From Candidatus Poribacteria bacterium (lineage in GTDB: Bacteria; Poribacteria; WGA-4E; UBA9662): 64,000 nt of DNA. The DNA lies in contig JAYGDX010000068.1 in NCBI GenBank assembly GCA_046582655.1, positions 64,001 to 128,000 on the forward strand, read 5' to 3'. Position 1 is the stretch's first letter; every line of letters starts with the position of its first letter. Shown one piece after another: positions 20,856 to 30,617 of this stretch. Position numbers and translations under genes: made by a program. The notes below the pieces were generated by a model. That model searched no databases. It saw nothing but the letters and a program-made list of their open reading frames with translations, and was not told the origin of the DNA.

Positions 20856-21288
20856 GTTCTTCACTCTCAAAGTAAATTGGATCAGGTTTTACCCATTCTT
20901 CTTCACCATCCAGCCAGACTTCACGTTTCCAGATTGGGACGATCTGTTTTAGCCGATCCATAGCGTACTTACAAGCTTCAAATCCATCTTTACGATGTGG
21001 GGATGCAACCGCCACGGCTACACTGACTTCACCTATTTCCAGACGACCGACACGGTGCAAAATGGCAACCTGTCCGATTCCCCATTCCTCTCGGATCTCA
21101 TCGGCAATATCAGCCATTTTCTTTTCTGCCATAGGGATATAGGCTTCATATTCAAGGTAAGCAGTCTGACGACCTCCCGTATTGTTCCGGACTGTTCCAA
21201 GAAAGGTAACAATCGCTCCGGCATCGTCGGCTTCGACAGATTGAATGACGTCGTCTGCAGTAATCGCTTGTTCAGTAATCTTAAACAT
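20842..21288 (-). CDS. moaE: Molybdopterin synthase catalytic subunit
   Basis: GAIVTFLGTVR, LEYEAY, HRVGRLEIGE and KQIVPIWKRE motifs. Confidence 0.96.
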   Translation of the reverse strand: MFKITEQAITADDVIQSVEADDAGAIVTFLGTVRNNTGGRQTAYLEYEAYIPMAEKKMADIADEIREEWGIGQVAILHRVGRLEIGEVSVAVAVASPHRKDGFEACKYAMDRLKQIVPIWKREVWLDGEEEWVKPDPIYFESEEHGRD

Positions 21289-21507
21289 TCTTTCCTCCCA
21301 ACATCTATGATCTTGCCTGATATGGAGATGAAATGTCGATAAACTCCATATCCATCAGCGGCTGATTTAACGCATAATTTTCTGAAATATCAGACATTTT
21401 TCGCCCAGGTTGGTTGAGAATGCTACCTGCATTATGATAATATTTCTAGCATAAATAGTTTTACCTTCAACAATAATCAGTTAATTCTCTTGAGGATTGT
21501 TATCAGA

Positions 21508-22176
21508 ATGTGTGGCCGTTTTACATTCGTTGCTGATCAGGCAACTTTAACCGAGACTTTCCCCCAATTCAAATTTTCCGGTTATTATTATGCCCCTCGG
21601 TATAATATCGCGCCGTCGCAGCCAGTTCCTGTTGTCGCCAACACAGGTGGTTCTGAAGTTGAGTGCTTTCATTGGGGATTGATCCCGCATTGGGCCAAGG
21701 ATCACAAAATTGGTTCCAAAATGATTAATGCCCGATCTGAAACTCTCGCGGAAAAACCTTCTTTCCGAATTCCTTATCGACACCGGCGTTGTTTAATACT
21801 CACCGATGGCTTTTACGAGTGGAAGAAGAACGAAGACGGCAGCAAAACACCGATGTATATTCAAACGGCATCACGCACACCTTTTGCCTTTGCTGGGTTG
21901 TGGGAAAACTGGACGCCACCCGGAGGCAATCCAATTCGATCTTGTACTATCATTACCACAAGCGCCAACGCATTCATGTCGGAGGTTCACCATCGAATGC
22001 CGGTGATTCTTGATGTCGAGGATTTCGATCAGTGGCTTACACCTGAAGAAAAACCAGCAGACCAACTGCGGGGTCTGTTGAGACCATACGAATCGGGCAA
22101 CTTGGTTGGGCATCAAGTGTCGCCATACGTCAATTCACCCAAAAACGATTCTTCTGACTGTATCCTGCCAATCTAG
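21508..22176 (+). CDS. SRAP/HMCES (YedK-like) abasic-site processing protein
   Basis: N-terminal MCGRF; PRYNIAPSQ, INARSET, GFYEW and HHRMPVIL motifs. Confidence 0.95.
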   Translation: MCGRFTFVADQATLTETFPQFKFSGYYYAPRYNIAPSQPVPVVANTGGSEVECFHWGLIPHWAKDHKIGSKMINARSETLAEKPSFRIPYRHRRCLILTDGFYEWKKNEDGSKTPMYIQTASRTPFAFAGLWENWTPPGGNPIRSCTIITTSANAFMSEVHHRMPVILDVEDFDQWLTPEEKPADQLRGLLRPYESGNLVGHQVSPYVNSPKNDSSDCILPI

Positions 22177-22177
22177 C

Positions 22178-23911
22178 TCAATTTTTATATTGCGACCGAT
22201 CCACGTTACCACCATACTTCATGGTATAAAAGAGCAGGTTTGTCATGAACCGGTGCACATCTGCCGACCGACGCATACGTAACATTGTTCGACTGCTGAT
22301 CTCTGCCGTTTCCATGGCACACATATAGTCTTTCCGATTATAAACCACAGCCAACCGACGTCCAATTGTAATTCCTTTATGAAACCTGAATTTTGAGGCC
22401 CTCGGTTTATTTTCACTTCCCCAGTAGACATCCCCACCGTTAGGTGGCACTGAAAGCTCATAGTATACTTTATAAATTTCGTGGTTGTATTGTATGTGCT
22501 TGAGCGGATATTCGGGTAGAATCTGACTGAGTTCGAACTCGACCTGTCTGGCAAAAAGACCGTTAAAACCGCAATCATCAAAGTAAAGCATTCCGCCGCG
22601 TTCAACCAGATACTCGCGTAAAGCGGCTCGTTCTTCCGAACTGAATCCATCTGTTAAGGGGCCACCCTTTACCATGTTACGCCCAACTGTGATATCCTTG
22701 TCATGCCCCGTCATGAAAATAATGGGCGCATCCAATATTTTTCTGTCCGTTAACGGTAAGGCCCCTCCTTCGAACTTCATATCCGCTTTCAACAGGGTAT
22801 GATCACCTAGCCAGGTCATAAAACTTGGAATCGCGGTTGGATCCTGCCACCAATCAGACAGAGAATGCTTGAGGCGGATTAGTCGAATATGACCCTGAAC
22901 GTCCTTCCCTTGACCAACGATGATAGCACCAAGTTGGTTGTCTGGTACTCTAATCAGATCCTGAAATTTTGATGACGACAGATCAGCAGAATCGGTTGCT
23001 CCTGTTGTCTCAATAATGGATGAAATCCCTTTTGAGTCTTTTCGCCCTTGGCTTTGGGCGCGAAACCGTCCAGTTTCTATTCCTGACCCACTTTTAACTT
23101 TAGTTGGAGATCCACTTGACCGCTTCAGTACATACTCCCTCGGGTTTGCCGGCAGTTTTGCCGTAGTTGACATTGGATCTGGAATCCTGTTAGGCAGTTC
23201 TGGGTTGCGAGAAAAATTTCGGTGTATTGGTGCCGTGGATAATTTAGCTGTTTCCGCAACTTGAGTTGGAGCGGTAATCTGCACTTGGGGTTGTGGAGCC
23301 TTGCGCAATGATGGTTTAAGCGTAACCCGTCGTTGGACACGGTTCACAATTGGTTTTTTAATCTTGCGAATAGTTGGAAGTGGTACGTTTACCATCTCAA
23401 TAGAAATGGATTCGGTCGGTAACTTTGTTGTTATTGTCAGTGCAATATAAATAACAAAAATAGCGTGGACAATGAACGAAATCGTGAACGCGGGTGAGGT
23501 TCTTTTCCAATTCCTCTTATTTAACCAATTTGTTGGTAAGATGAAAGCAGAAGATTGCTGATCAATGGCGCTGAAAGTGTGAACTTGGTTGCCACAAGTG
23601 ACTTGGATCTGGTTATTTGCCGTAGATTCAATTCCAATGCTCTCGGAGTCTGATTGACGGATAATGTCACTAAACCAGAGGATGGGGATTTTGGACGATC
23701 CGGAAGAGACAATTTCAGCGTCTGCAAGAATTTTCATATCAGCTAGAATGTTTCTAGCTGATATTTCAACCCTATTGTTTTCCAGTGTACGGAAATCGAC
23801 ATGTGACAACTGGTTCAATCGATTGTGAGCACCTGCCTTTGATTGCAGGCCTTGAATAGCCTTAAGTAATTCAGAGGAATCAGCACGGAACTGCACAGTT
23901 ATTTTCACCAC
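22178..23911 (-). CDS. Membrane-anchored DUF4159-domain protein with an N-terminal domain resembling DNA polymerase III beta-clamp domain I
   Basis: C-terminal DWWQDP, PIIFMTGH and LREYLVERGGMLYFDDCG match DUF4159. One transmembrane helix contains SxxxH. Residues 1-126 align by eye with the DnaN N-terminus. Confidence 0.7.
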   Translation of the reverse strand: MVKITVQFRADSSELLKAIQGLQSKAGAHNRLNQLSHVDFRTLENNRVEISARNILADMKILADAEIVSSGSSKIPILWFSDIIRQSDSESIGIESTANNQIQVTCGNQVHTFSAIDQQSSAFILPTNWLNKRNWKRTSPAFTISFIVHAIFVIYIALTITTKLPTESISIEMVNVPLPTIRKIKKPIVNRVQRRVTLKPSLRKAPQPQVQITAPTQVAETAKLSTAPIHRNFSRNPELPNRIPDPMSTTAKLPANPREYVLKRSSGSPTKVKSGSGIETGRFRAQSQGRKDSKGISSIIETTGATDSADLSSSKFQDLIRVPDNQLGAIIVGQGKDVQGHIRLIRLKHSLSDWWQDPTAIPSFMTWLGDHTLLKADMKFEGGALPLTDRKILDAPIIFMTGHDKDITVGRNMVKGGPLTDGFSSEERAALREYLVERGGMLYFDDCGFNGLFARQVEFELSQILPEYPLKHIQYNHEIYKVYYELSVPPNGGDVYWGSENKPRASKFRFHKGITIGRRLAVVYNRKDYMCAMETAEISSRTMLRMRRSADVHRFMTNLLFYTMKYGGNVDRSQYKN

Positions 23912-24476
23912 CCTTTTGTTAAAATTGATTATAGATGAGGATTATGCTGGTCGTTCGTTTAATCGTTAATCTTGAAGAATGCATGGGAAGATAAAAGCAT
24001 ATTTCGGTAATATTGGACGAAACCCTATCAACTTGACTAGACATTAATCCTGCTATTCCCCAAAAAATTAGATTGAATCAGTGGAACTTCTGCAGTTTTC
24101 AGACTGGCTAAGTGGTTCTTTTGTTCGAGGATTCTTTTTCTCTATATTCTACCAGCTAGTGACCTCTTCAGTGTCCTTGAATTCTCAATTTATTTAAAGA
24201 AAATAACTTCCGCCTGCGTAGCTAGCGTTTTCTAATGACCACATCCTCTCGAATTCACCTTGTGAGTCTTGCTTCGATGAAAATGGGATACTACTTACGG
24301 TTAGGTAAGCCCCCAAAGCGAATTATAGGTTCGCTGTCGCTGATCTTATGATTATATGGATTCGGCATAATCGTAACACAAAATCGTTGAATCCTCCAAT
24401 CAAATCATACGTTGTTTTAATTGTTGTACTGTTTGGCCTATGCTAAAATAATATCAAGTATAATAACTAAAGAATA

Positions 24477-24953
24477 TTGTCGTTATATATGCCTATTACA
24501 TTAGAATCAATTCGATTAACAGAAGGCGATCTACAGGATTATCGGCCTTATTTTTCTTCTGCACAGGAGATTTACTCACCCACGTCGCCGAAAGACCCCG
24601 CTTGCCTGATTGGATGGCGTGATCGGTGGTGGTTGCACGGCAAACCGGGGCAGAATCTTGCTATTAACTATTGGCTGTTTGAATCCGAGGAGGACGCTAG
24701 AACTGCTGTGGAAGAGGGCAGAACGCGTCTTTCCAGTAGAAGTGTGATGATAAATGGAAAACGTGAACCGATTTACCAGCCATTCGCGGATCCGACAAAA
24801 ATCTTTAATGGATTGGTGTGGCAAGCCGATCATAATTTCCTTTTTAGCACTCACGACATTGCTGTGTTGGTAATGGAGTCCGGCAAACAAGTGCCTGTTG
24901 AAACAACCTTATCGATCGCTAAGAAAGTTCTCGAAAAGATAGTAAGTCGCTGA
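24477..24953 (+). CDS. Hypothetical protein
   Basis: 158-aa ORF with normal composition, directly upstream of the vWA gene; ATG 24489 is an alternative start. Confidence 0.6.
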   Translation: MSLYMPITLESIRLTEGDLQDYRPYFSSAQEIYSPTSPKDPACLIGWRDRWWLHGKPGQNLAINYWLFESEEDARTAVEEGRTRLSSRSVMINGKREPIYQPFADPTKIFNGLVWQADHNFLFSTHDIAVLVMESGKQVPVETTLSIAKKVLEKIVSR

Positions 24954-24995
24954 TAAATTCATACTAATTAATAATGAAAAACTGAAGATCATGAA

Positions 24996-27266
24996 ATGAA
25001 GCGTGTCCATTCATGTCCCCATCGTATTTCAATTGCTATCCGATTTCTCCTCCCATTCTTTTGCATATTTCTCCTAGTTTCCTCTTTTGGCACTCTATGC
25101 TTTGGTAACTCAGAATTTCAAAGTATTGTTCTCCTGATTGATAACTCCAGAAGTATGGATATGACAGACACACATAAATGGAGATGGACGTCAGCCAAAG
25201 TTTTGATCAATCGCCTTCAAATCGATCAATGGGTCTGCGTGATCGGATTTACCGATTCCGTGATATTGGTCATTGAGCCGACGCGAATCGACGGCGACAT
25301 AGAGCAGAAGGCTAACTTGGAACGTAAGTTAGCCGTACCCATCAATGAGGTGGAGAAAAAAGGTAGTACTATCGGGCAAGCTTTATTTCGGGCAGAAAAG
25401 GCACTCCAAAGTATGCCATCGATCGAATCTCAGGTACTGATTTTAATGACTGATAGTAAAGCAGGATTTACCAAGAAGCAGTGGAACCGGTTCTTAAAAA
25501 ACAGTTTTAATCGTAAAAGCTATTTTCTAATGAATCTCCAGGACAAATCAATCTCCGTTTCCAATGGTCAGAAACGACCTCATAATAATCTGCTTACTGC
25601 GTTTTTGTATGTCATGAATGATATGGATGAATATCAATTGTATGAGCAGAAGCAAATTCCATCAAAGCTGCATATCTTTCTTCATGATCCCGAAATAGAG
25701 AGTTTAGAGCTTCAGTTTACATCATCCCAAAAACGCAAATCTGATATTGAAATCAAAGACTCGCAAGGAAATTATATCTTTCCCTATTTTGAAACCAGCC
25801 ATTGCACATCTTATTGGATTCCCCAACCTGCTCTCGGACGTTGGCAGGTTTCTGTTGATAATGATAATCAGGTCGAGTTGTTGGCCTTCAAGAGGAAACA
25901 GCCAGATACGTCCATAGGCCGGCTTGAATTTGGTCCACTGCCTCCTACCTATGAACCCGGCCGCCAAATAGGCCTTCAGATTCGATTAGTGGGAGGTACG
26001 TATTCATCTAGTCAAATTGGTGGTAAAGTGATCTCGCGGGAGGTAGAGGAAAAAATAATTTTTGATCAAACTGCTGATCAATCTCTATATCAAGCGAAAT
26101 ACGTACCCAAAGAAGAGGGGAAGCACAAATTTATTATTGATCCAAGTCTAGAATATATTGTTAATCCGCCAATCCGAACGGTTGAACTTAGGATGTATCA
26201 ATTTCCAGTCTGGCTTACAGTCGCAGCCATATCAGGTGTTATTGGCGTTGGAGCAATGGTACTTTTTCTCTTTATCTTTTTTCGGAGAAGATCAACTCGT
26301 AATGGGGTCGAAGACGATGAGATAGAGGACGAAATCGAAGTTGATCGGCGTGCAGAAATTGCGCAGTTACATAATATCATTGTAAAGCAGAAGGAATCAG
26401 GTTCTTTCTATCAGCAGGAAGAGCAACCAGAATCCATCCCCGACACAGCAGAAGTGGAACAACAACAGGATACAGAAGATCCAAATATACAGAGTATTGA
26501 ACAAATACCGACAATTCAAGATCAAGATGAATTGGCCATCCTACCGGTCGAATCCGAGGATGTAGGTCAAGCTGATGGCGATCTGAATCAGGAACTCAGC
26601 CCGGCATCGGAATTAGAATCACTACAGCTCGAAGATTTTAATAACACGACCAAGGCAAAGGTAGAAGAAACTAAACTAGGTACTGATGAGATTTCTTCCG
26701 GTTTTGATCCTGACACCAAAGTTTCCGAAGAGATAGAAGAGATAAAGGATGTTGCAGATTCCAATCAAGATGATGTTTCACCAAAGCAGAAAACAACAAC
26801 TGGGGAAGAGCAGGATAAGGACAACGCTGAACCGGATGTTGCCGAAGATTCCGGTAGTGATTTAGTGTCTGAAGATGAGGCATTGGATACTGCAAGCGAA
26901 GTGGATTCTGCTAGTGATGTAACTTCACAGGATCGGGAAATAATTGAAGCGGAGGATGATAATACTGCTGATCCAGTAGAAGCTGAAATCACAAAGCAGC
27001 AGGTGGATGGTTTAGAGCAGCAACCGGAGGGTGAAGGGATAGATTGGTATATCGGAAAATTTCTATCGGATGTCCAAAATATAATTGCTGATGATAGCAC
27101 GGAAACAAATGGTGTTGCTGCGGAAACAGTTAGTGCAGTGTCTGGAGAAGAGGATTTGATTCAAGGTGTTGATGAAACAGAATTGGAAGAATTCAACCAG
27201 GGAAGCGATGTAGATCAACATATCGATAAAATTCTATCTGAGATCGAGGTATTGAGTAGGGAATAA
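24996..27266 (+). CDS. vWA-domain membrane protein with a long acidic C-terminal tail
   Basis: Signal peptide; MIDAS motif IDNSRSM and ILMTD; transmembrane helix followed by RRR; about 320 aa of D/E-rich tail. Confidence 0.8.
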   Translation: MKRVHSCPHRISIAIRFLLPFFCIFLLVSSFGTLCFGNSEFQSIVLLIDNSRSMDMTDTHKWRWTSAKVLINRLQIDQWVCVIGFTDSVILVIEPTRIDGDIEQKANLERKLAVPINEVEKKGSTIGQALFRAEKALQSMPSIESQVLILMTDSKAGFTKKQWNRFLKNSFNRKSYFLMNLQDKSISVSNGQKRPHNNLLTAFLYVMNDMDEYQLYEQKQIPSKLHIFLHDPEIESLELQFTSSQKRKSDIEIKDSQGNYIFPYFETSHCTSYWIPQPALGRWQVSVDNDNQVELLAFKRKQPDTSIGRLEFGPLPPTYEPGRQIGLQIRLVGGTYSSSQIGGKVISREVEEKIIFDQTADQSLYQAKYVPKEEGKHKFIIDPSLEYIVNPPIRTVELRMYQFPVWLTVAAISGVIGVGAMVLFLFIFFRRRSTRNGVEDDEIEDEIEVDRRAEIAQLHNIIVKQKESGSFYQQEEQPESIPDTAEVEQQQDTEDPNIQSIEQIPTIQDQDELAILPVESEDVGQADGDLNQELSPASELESLQLEDFNNTTKAKVEETKLGTDEISSGFDPDTKVSEEIEEIKDVADSNQDDVSPKQKTTTGEEQDKDNAEPDVAEDSGSDLVSEDEALDTASEVDSASDVTSQDREIIEAEDDNTADPVEAEITKQQVDGLEQQPEGEGIDWYIGKFLSDVQNIIADDSTETNGVAAETVSAVSGEEDLIQGVDETELEEFNQGSDVDQHIDKILSEIEVLSRE

Positions 27267-27279
27267 TTACTGTCTAAAC

Positions 27280-28233
27280 TCAGAAGTTAGACAGTAGCGA
27301 AAATCGATGAACTGCGCCAAACTTGCCCAAGGAACCTAAGGCGTAATCAAGTCCAAAATCACCGATAGTAATACCGAAGCCAGTGGTAATACCAGATGCT
27401 GCGCCGAGATCATTGCCACCGAGTTCGTATTTGTACCCTGTTCGTAGATGAAGTCGCTGGAGAACGGTAAGGGAGACCCCCAAACCGAATGTTAAATCGT
27501 TGTCTGATGGTCGGTTTATATCGGCAGTGATTGCCAATTTATCTCCAGGCACATGATAAGCTAATCCAAATTTAATGTTCACGGGCAAACTGAACGCTTC
27601 TTCCGAATCCTCAACAAACTTGGCTTTTGTACCAAGATTCTGGATGTTGAGACCAATGGCGAGATTCTTACCTGGGATGGTATGTAAAACACCTATATCC
27701 GAGGCAATGGCCTGTGCACCTATATCCTCAATAATTTTCTCACTCACCCATTTAAGGTTAAGGCCAAGTGCAGTATTTCCGAATTCTTGGCTATAGGACA
27801 ACAGCATTGCCAGATCCCGAGGTCGAAACTCCTCTGTTTCTTTGCCATTTGCGTCCCGACCCGTAATTGTTCCGTATGAGAGGTAAATAATGCTTGTGCT
27901 GATGACGCCTCTGCCAACTGGCTGCGCAACCCCGATAAATTGGTGGCTGATCCCTTCAAACCAGTTATTGTGCATAGCAGCAAACTGGGTGCGCTTCACA
28001 CTGGAAAGCCCCGCGGGATTCCAATAGACTGCATACATATCGTGTGCCAGTGCAACTTGTGACTCACCCATGCTAATTCCTTTCGCACCGACCCCGATTT
28101 TCAGAAATGGCATAGCACGCGTTCCTGCATTTTCATGGATGTTTTGGCTATTAACAGCCACTGTAAAAAAATTGATTAGGCATACTGTTGACAATAAGAA
28201 TAGCTTTCGAAATGACAGTAGAATTTTCTCCAT
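27280..28233 (-). CDS. PorV/PorQ-family (UPF0164-like) outer-membrane beta-barrel
   Basis: AGTRAMPFLKIGVGAKGISMGE, YWNPAGL, HRFSL and terminal Phe. Likely start ATG 28233 overlaps the TPR gene stop (TAATG). Confidence 0.85.
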   Translation of the reverse strand: MEKILLSFRKLFLLSTVCLINFFTVAVNSQNIHENAGTRAMPFLKIGVGAKGISMGESQVALAHDMYAVYWNPAGLSSVKRTQFAAMHNNWFEGISHQFIGVAQPVGRGVISTSIIYLSYGTITGRDANGKETEEFRPRDLAMLLSYSQEFGNTALGLNLKWVSEKIIEDIGAQAIASDIGVLHTIPGKNLAIGLNIQNLGTKAKFVEDSEEAFSLPVNIKFGLAYHVPGDKLAITADINRPSDNDLTFGLGVSLTVLQRLHLRTGYKYELGGNDLGAASGITTGFGITIGDFGLDYALGSLGKFGAVHRFSLLSNF

Positions 28234-28979
28234 TATTCTTGTTGGCTTTTCTGAAACCAATTCCATTTACTCGACTTTTTTTCCTTTGGTACCAATGTGT
28301 CAGGAATTTCGTTGATCCAGACTTCGGCAAGCTTGCTCAACGAAGATTGTGGTGAAAGCTCTACTACTTTTAGATAGTCCAAACGTGCAAGATCAAGTTT
28401 GTTCTGTAGACGATACGTATTTGCTCGATTGTAGTAGTTAGATGCTTTTTCCGGACGTTTCTCAATGGCAACCGCCAAATCTGCAGAAGCGGCCCTATAT
28501 TGTCGTAGCTGTAGATAGTTTCTTGATCTTGCTTCATAGGATGTACCAGTTTCTGGGGAAATCTCGATAGCAGTTGTTAAATCATCTATCGCTTTTCTAT
28601 AGACTGAGAGCTCTTCATAGATTTCAGCTCGCTTAATGTATGATTTCGCATGTGTCGAATCAGCCTTGATGGTATAACTAAGGTCTGTAATTGCCTGACG
28701 AAGGTCACCCGACGATTCCATCAATTTCACGCTAAGCAGGTAATGGATGCCCGGATCAACGGACTTCATAATTGAAGGCACAGTGTGGAGACCGATTATA
28801 ATAGCCCGATTCCAACTATCAATAACATCTCGGTATTCACTGAGTTTCTGTTTCTCCCCTTTGGCCAGTTTTGCTCGGTCGAGATGCGCATATCCGCGTC
28901 CGACATAACCCAGTGCAGATTCAATTATATCAACTGGCGCTGGGTTATCGAGGTTCTTGATTAAGTCTAAGCTGGCCAT
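28233..28979 (-). CDS. Tetratricopeptide-repeat protein
   Basis: Repeats such as AIDDLTTAIEISP and YYNRANTY. Confidence 0.88.
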   Translation of the reverse strand: MASLDLIKNLDNPAPVDIIESALGYVGRGYAHLDRAKLAKGEKQKLSEYRDVIDSWNRAIIIGLHTVPSIMKSVDPGIHYLLSVKLMESSGDLRQAITDLSYTIKADSTHAKSYIKRAEIYEELSVYRKAIDDLTTAIEISPETGTSYEARSRNYLQLRQYRAASADLAVAIEKRPEKASNYYNRANTYRLQNKLDLARLDYLKVVELSPQSSLSKLAEVWINEIPDTLVPKEKKSSKWNWFQKSQQE

Positions 28980-29021
28980 TGGATCCAGACTACACTTTGA
29001 ACTGTAGTACGTTGGTGACCA

Positions 29022-29051
29022 ATTCTACAATAGGTTGAATGAAAGCGTCAA
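29022..29051 (-). promoter_or_regulatory. Putative sigma70 promoter for the TPR-PorV genes
   Basis: TTGACG-N18-TAGAAT on the minus strand. Confidence 0.45.
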
Positions 29052-29073
29052 GATTTTTGTTTTGGGGAAGTTG

Positions 29074-30183
29074 TCATCTTCTACTCAAAATGCTGATTGC
29101 AACAGAGGAGACCGAAATGAAGCTGAAAATCAGAGACCAGTTCACATCAAATTTCTTGGGGATTTCAACTGAATCTCCGGGATGAATTAGAATTTTTGAA
29201 TCATTATCGTCACCAAGCGCAACCTGTTCAACTTGGCCGTTTGGTCTGCGAATTGTCACTTCTGTTCGATTGGCTTTTTCAGTTGACCCACCAGCCAATG
29301 CAACTGCTTGCTGGATTGTTATGGGTGCGCGTATTTTATGTGCGCCAGGTTGATGGACGTACCCAAGCACATAAATCCGATCGACTTTATAAGCGTTCGG
29401 AACATACAATACGTCACCATTTTGCAAATAATAACTCTCATTTTCATCTTTGTTGAGATCCTTCCAAAATTGCTCAGAAACCTCAATCTCGATTTGGTGT
29501 CCATTCGATTTCCCAATCACGAGCTTTGAAAGATCCGCTTCATCATAAATCGGGCCTCCAGCACGGGTCAGGGCGTGATCAATTCTAATCCGTTGCCGGA
29601 TTAATATTTTGCTAGGAGTCTGTACCTGTCCCTGTACTTCAACTTGAGCCAACGTTGGCACGAAGACCAAGTCTCCGCTTTGAACCGCCACATAATGGTA
29701 ATCAGTACCAGGCGAGAGGTCCAATGTTTCTATTGTTTGATCCCGTCGAATGACCTGCACCTTATGAAAATCCCCAGTCTCAAGCATACCACCTGCCAAT
29801 GCAATCGCTCGCTGAAGACCAATTTCTTGCTGAGAATTCAATGGATAGCGCCCAGGTAATCGCACTGCTCCACCAACAAAAATATCTTGTGTCGAAGTGA
29901 CAGTCAGCATAATAATTGGATTCTTCAGCAAGCCCTGTTGGGTAAGGTGATCATAGACCCGATAACGAATTTCATCTGTTGTTTCCCCTTTTACTTTGAT
30001 GTCTTTGCCAAAATAGCTAATCATCCCGTCTGGTCGGACTTTTACTGTTTGCTTAAATTCAGGCTGACCGAGAACAAAGATCATAATCTCGTCACCGACC
30101 TGAGCCTGATAAGCATCAGCAAATAGAAGGTTGGGAATCAAGATGCATGTCAAAAAAAACGCTAAAGTTTCACTCGTTTTCAG
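29074..30183 (-). CDS. Polysaccharide export protein (Wza/KpsD-like) with SLBB domains
   Basis: VGDEI..VRPDGMIS export domain and three SLBB repeats (V.G.V..PG, A.A.AGG, L..GD...VP). Start is CTG 30183 or TTG 30153. Confidence 0.88.
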   Translation of the reverse strand: MKTSETLAFFLTCILIPNLLFADAYQAQVGDEIMIFVLGQPEFKQTVKVRPDGMISYFGKDIKVKGETTDEIRYRVYDHLTQQGLLKNPIIMLTVTSTQDIFVGGAVRLPGRYPLNSQQEIGLQRAIALAGGMLETGDFHKVQVIRRDQTIETLDLSPGTDYHYVAVQSGDLVFVPTLAQVEVQGQVQTPSKILIRQRIRIDHALTRAGGPIYDEADLSKLVIGKSNGHQIEIEVSEQFWKDLNKDENESYYLQNGDVLYVPNAYKVDRIYVLGYVHQPGAHKIRAPITIQQAVALAGGSTEKANRTEVTIRRPNGQVEQVALGDDNDSKILIHPGDSVEIPKKFDVNWSLIFSFISVSSVAISILSRR

Positions 30184-30617
30184 CTTAAAAATCCTCGTTT
30201 TTCAGAATTTTAAATGAAGCAAGATACTTTCTAATAACTATGCTGGCCCATGCAAAACCACTGTTTGGCGCCAAAACTCTCCCCAGTTTCCGTTAGCAGA
30301 TAAATCACCCAATACATTGTCGAAAGCGATAAGTTGATGAGATTTTACTTTGATTTTCTCATTTTCGGGAATTCCTTGAATTATGTATCCGTCTATTTCG
30401 CTGGGAATGTGGGCTACAAGTTGCCAGTCAACTAATACAGGCTTTATCGCTTGGTTAGAGGTTGATCAACTAGATTGACATTAAGTCCGTATGGGTTTGA
30501 GGATACCAGAACGATACTCGTCTTTACACTATGAACAATATACCATAATTCCGCATCCTACCTCGAGGGTCATTCATCGAAATTATATCTCAAAATCGAA
30601 TTGGAAGGCTAAAACAG

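Noticed and set aside
21508..23911. Functional DNA-repair link between SRAP and the clamp-like protein
   Set aside because: The genes are convergent and not co-transcribed; adjacency alone is not evidence.
23912..24476. ncRNA or small gene in the 560-bp divergent gap
   Set aside because: I could not identify a recognisable RNA motif, strong structure or credible ORF.
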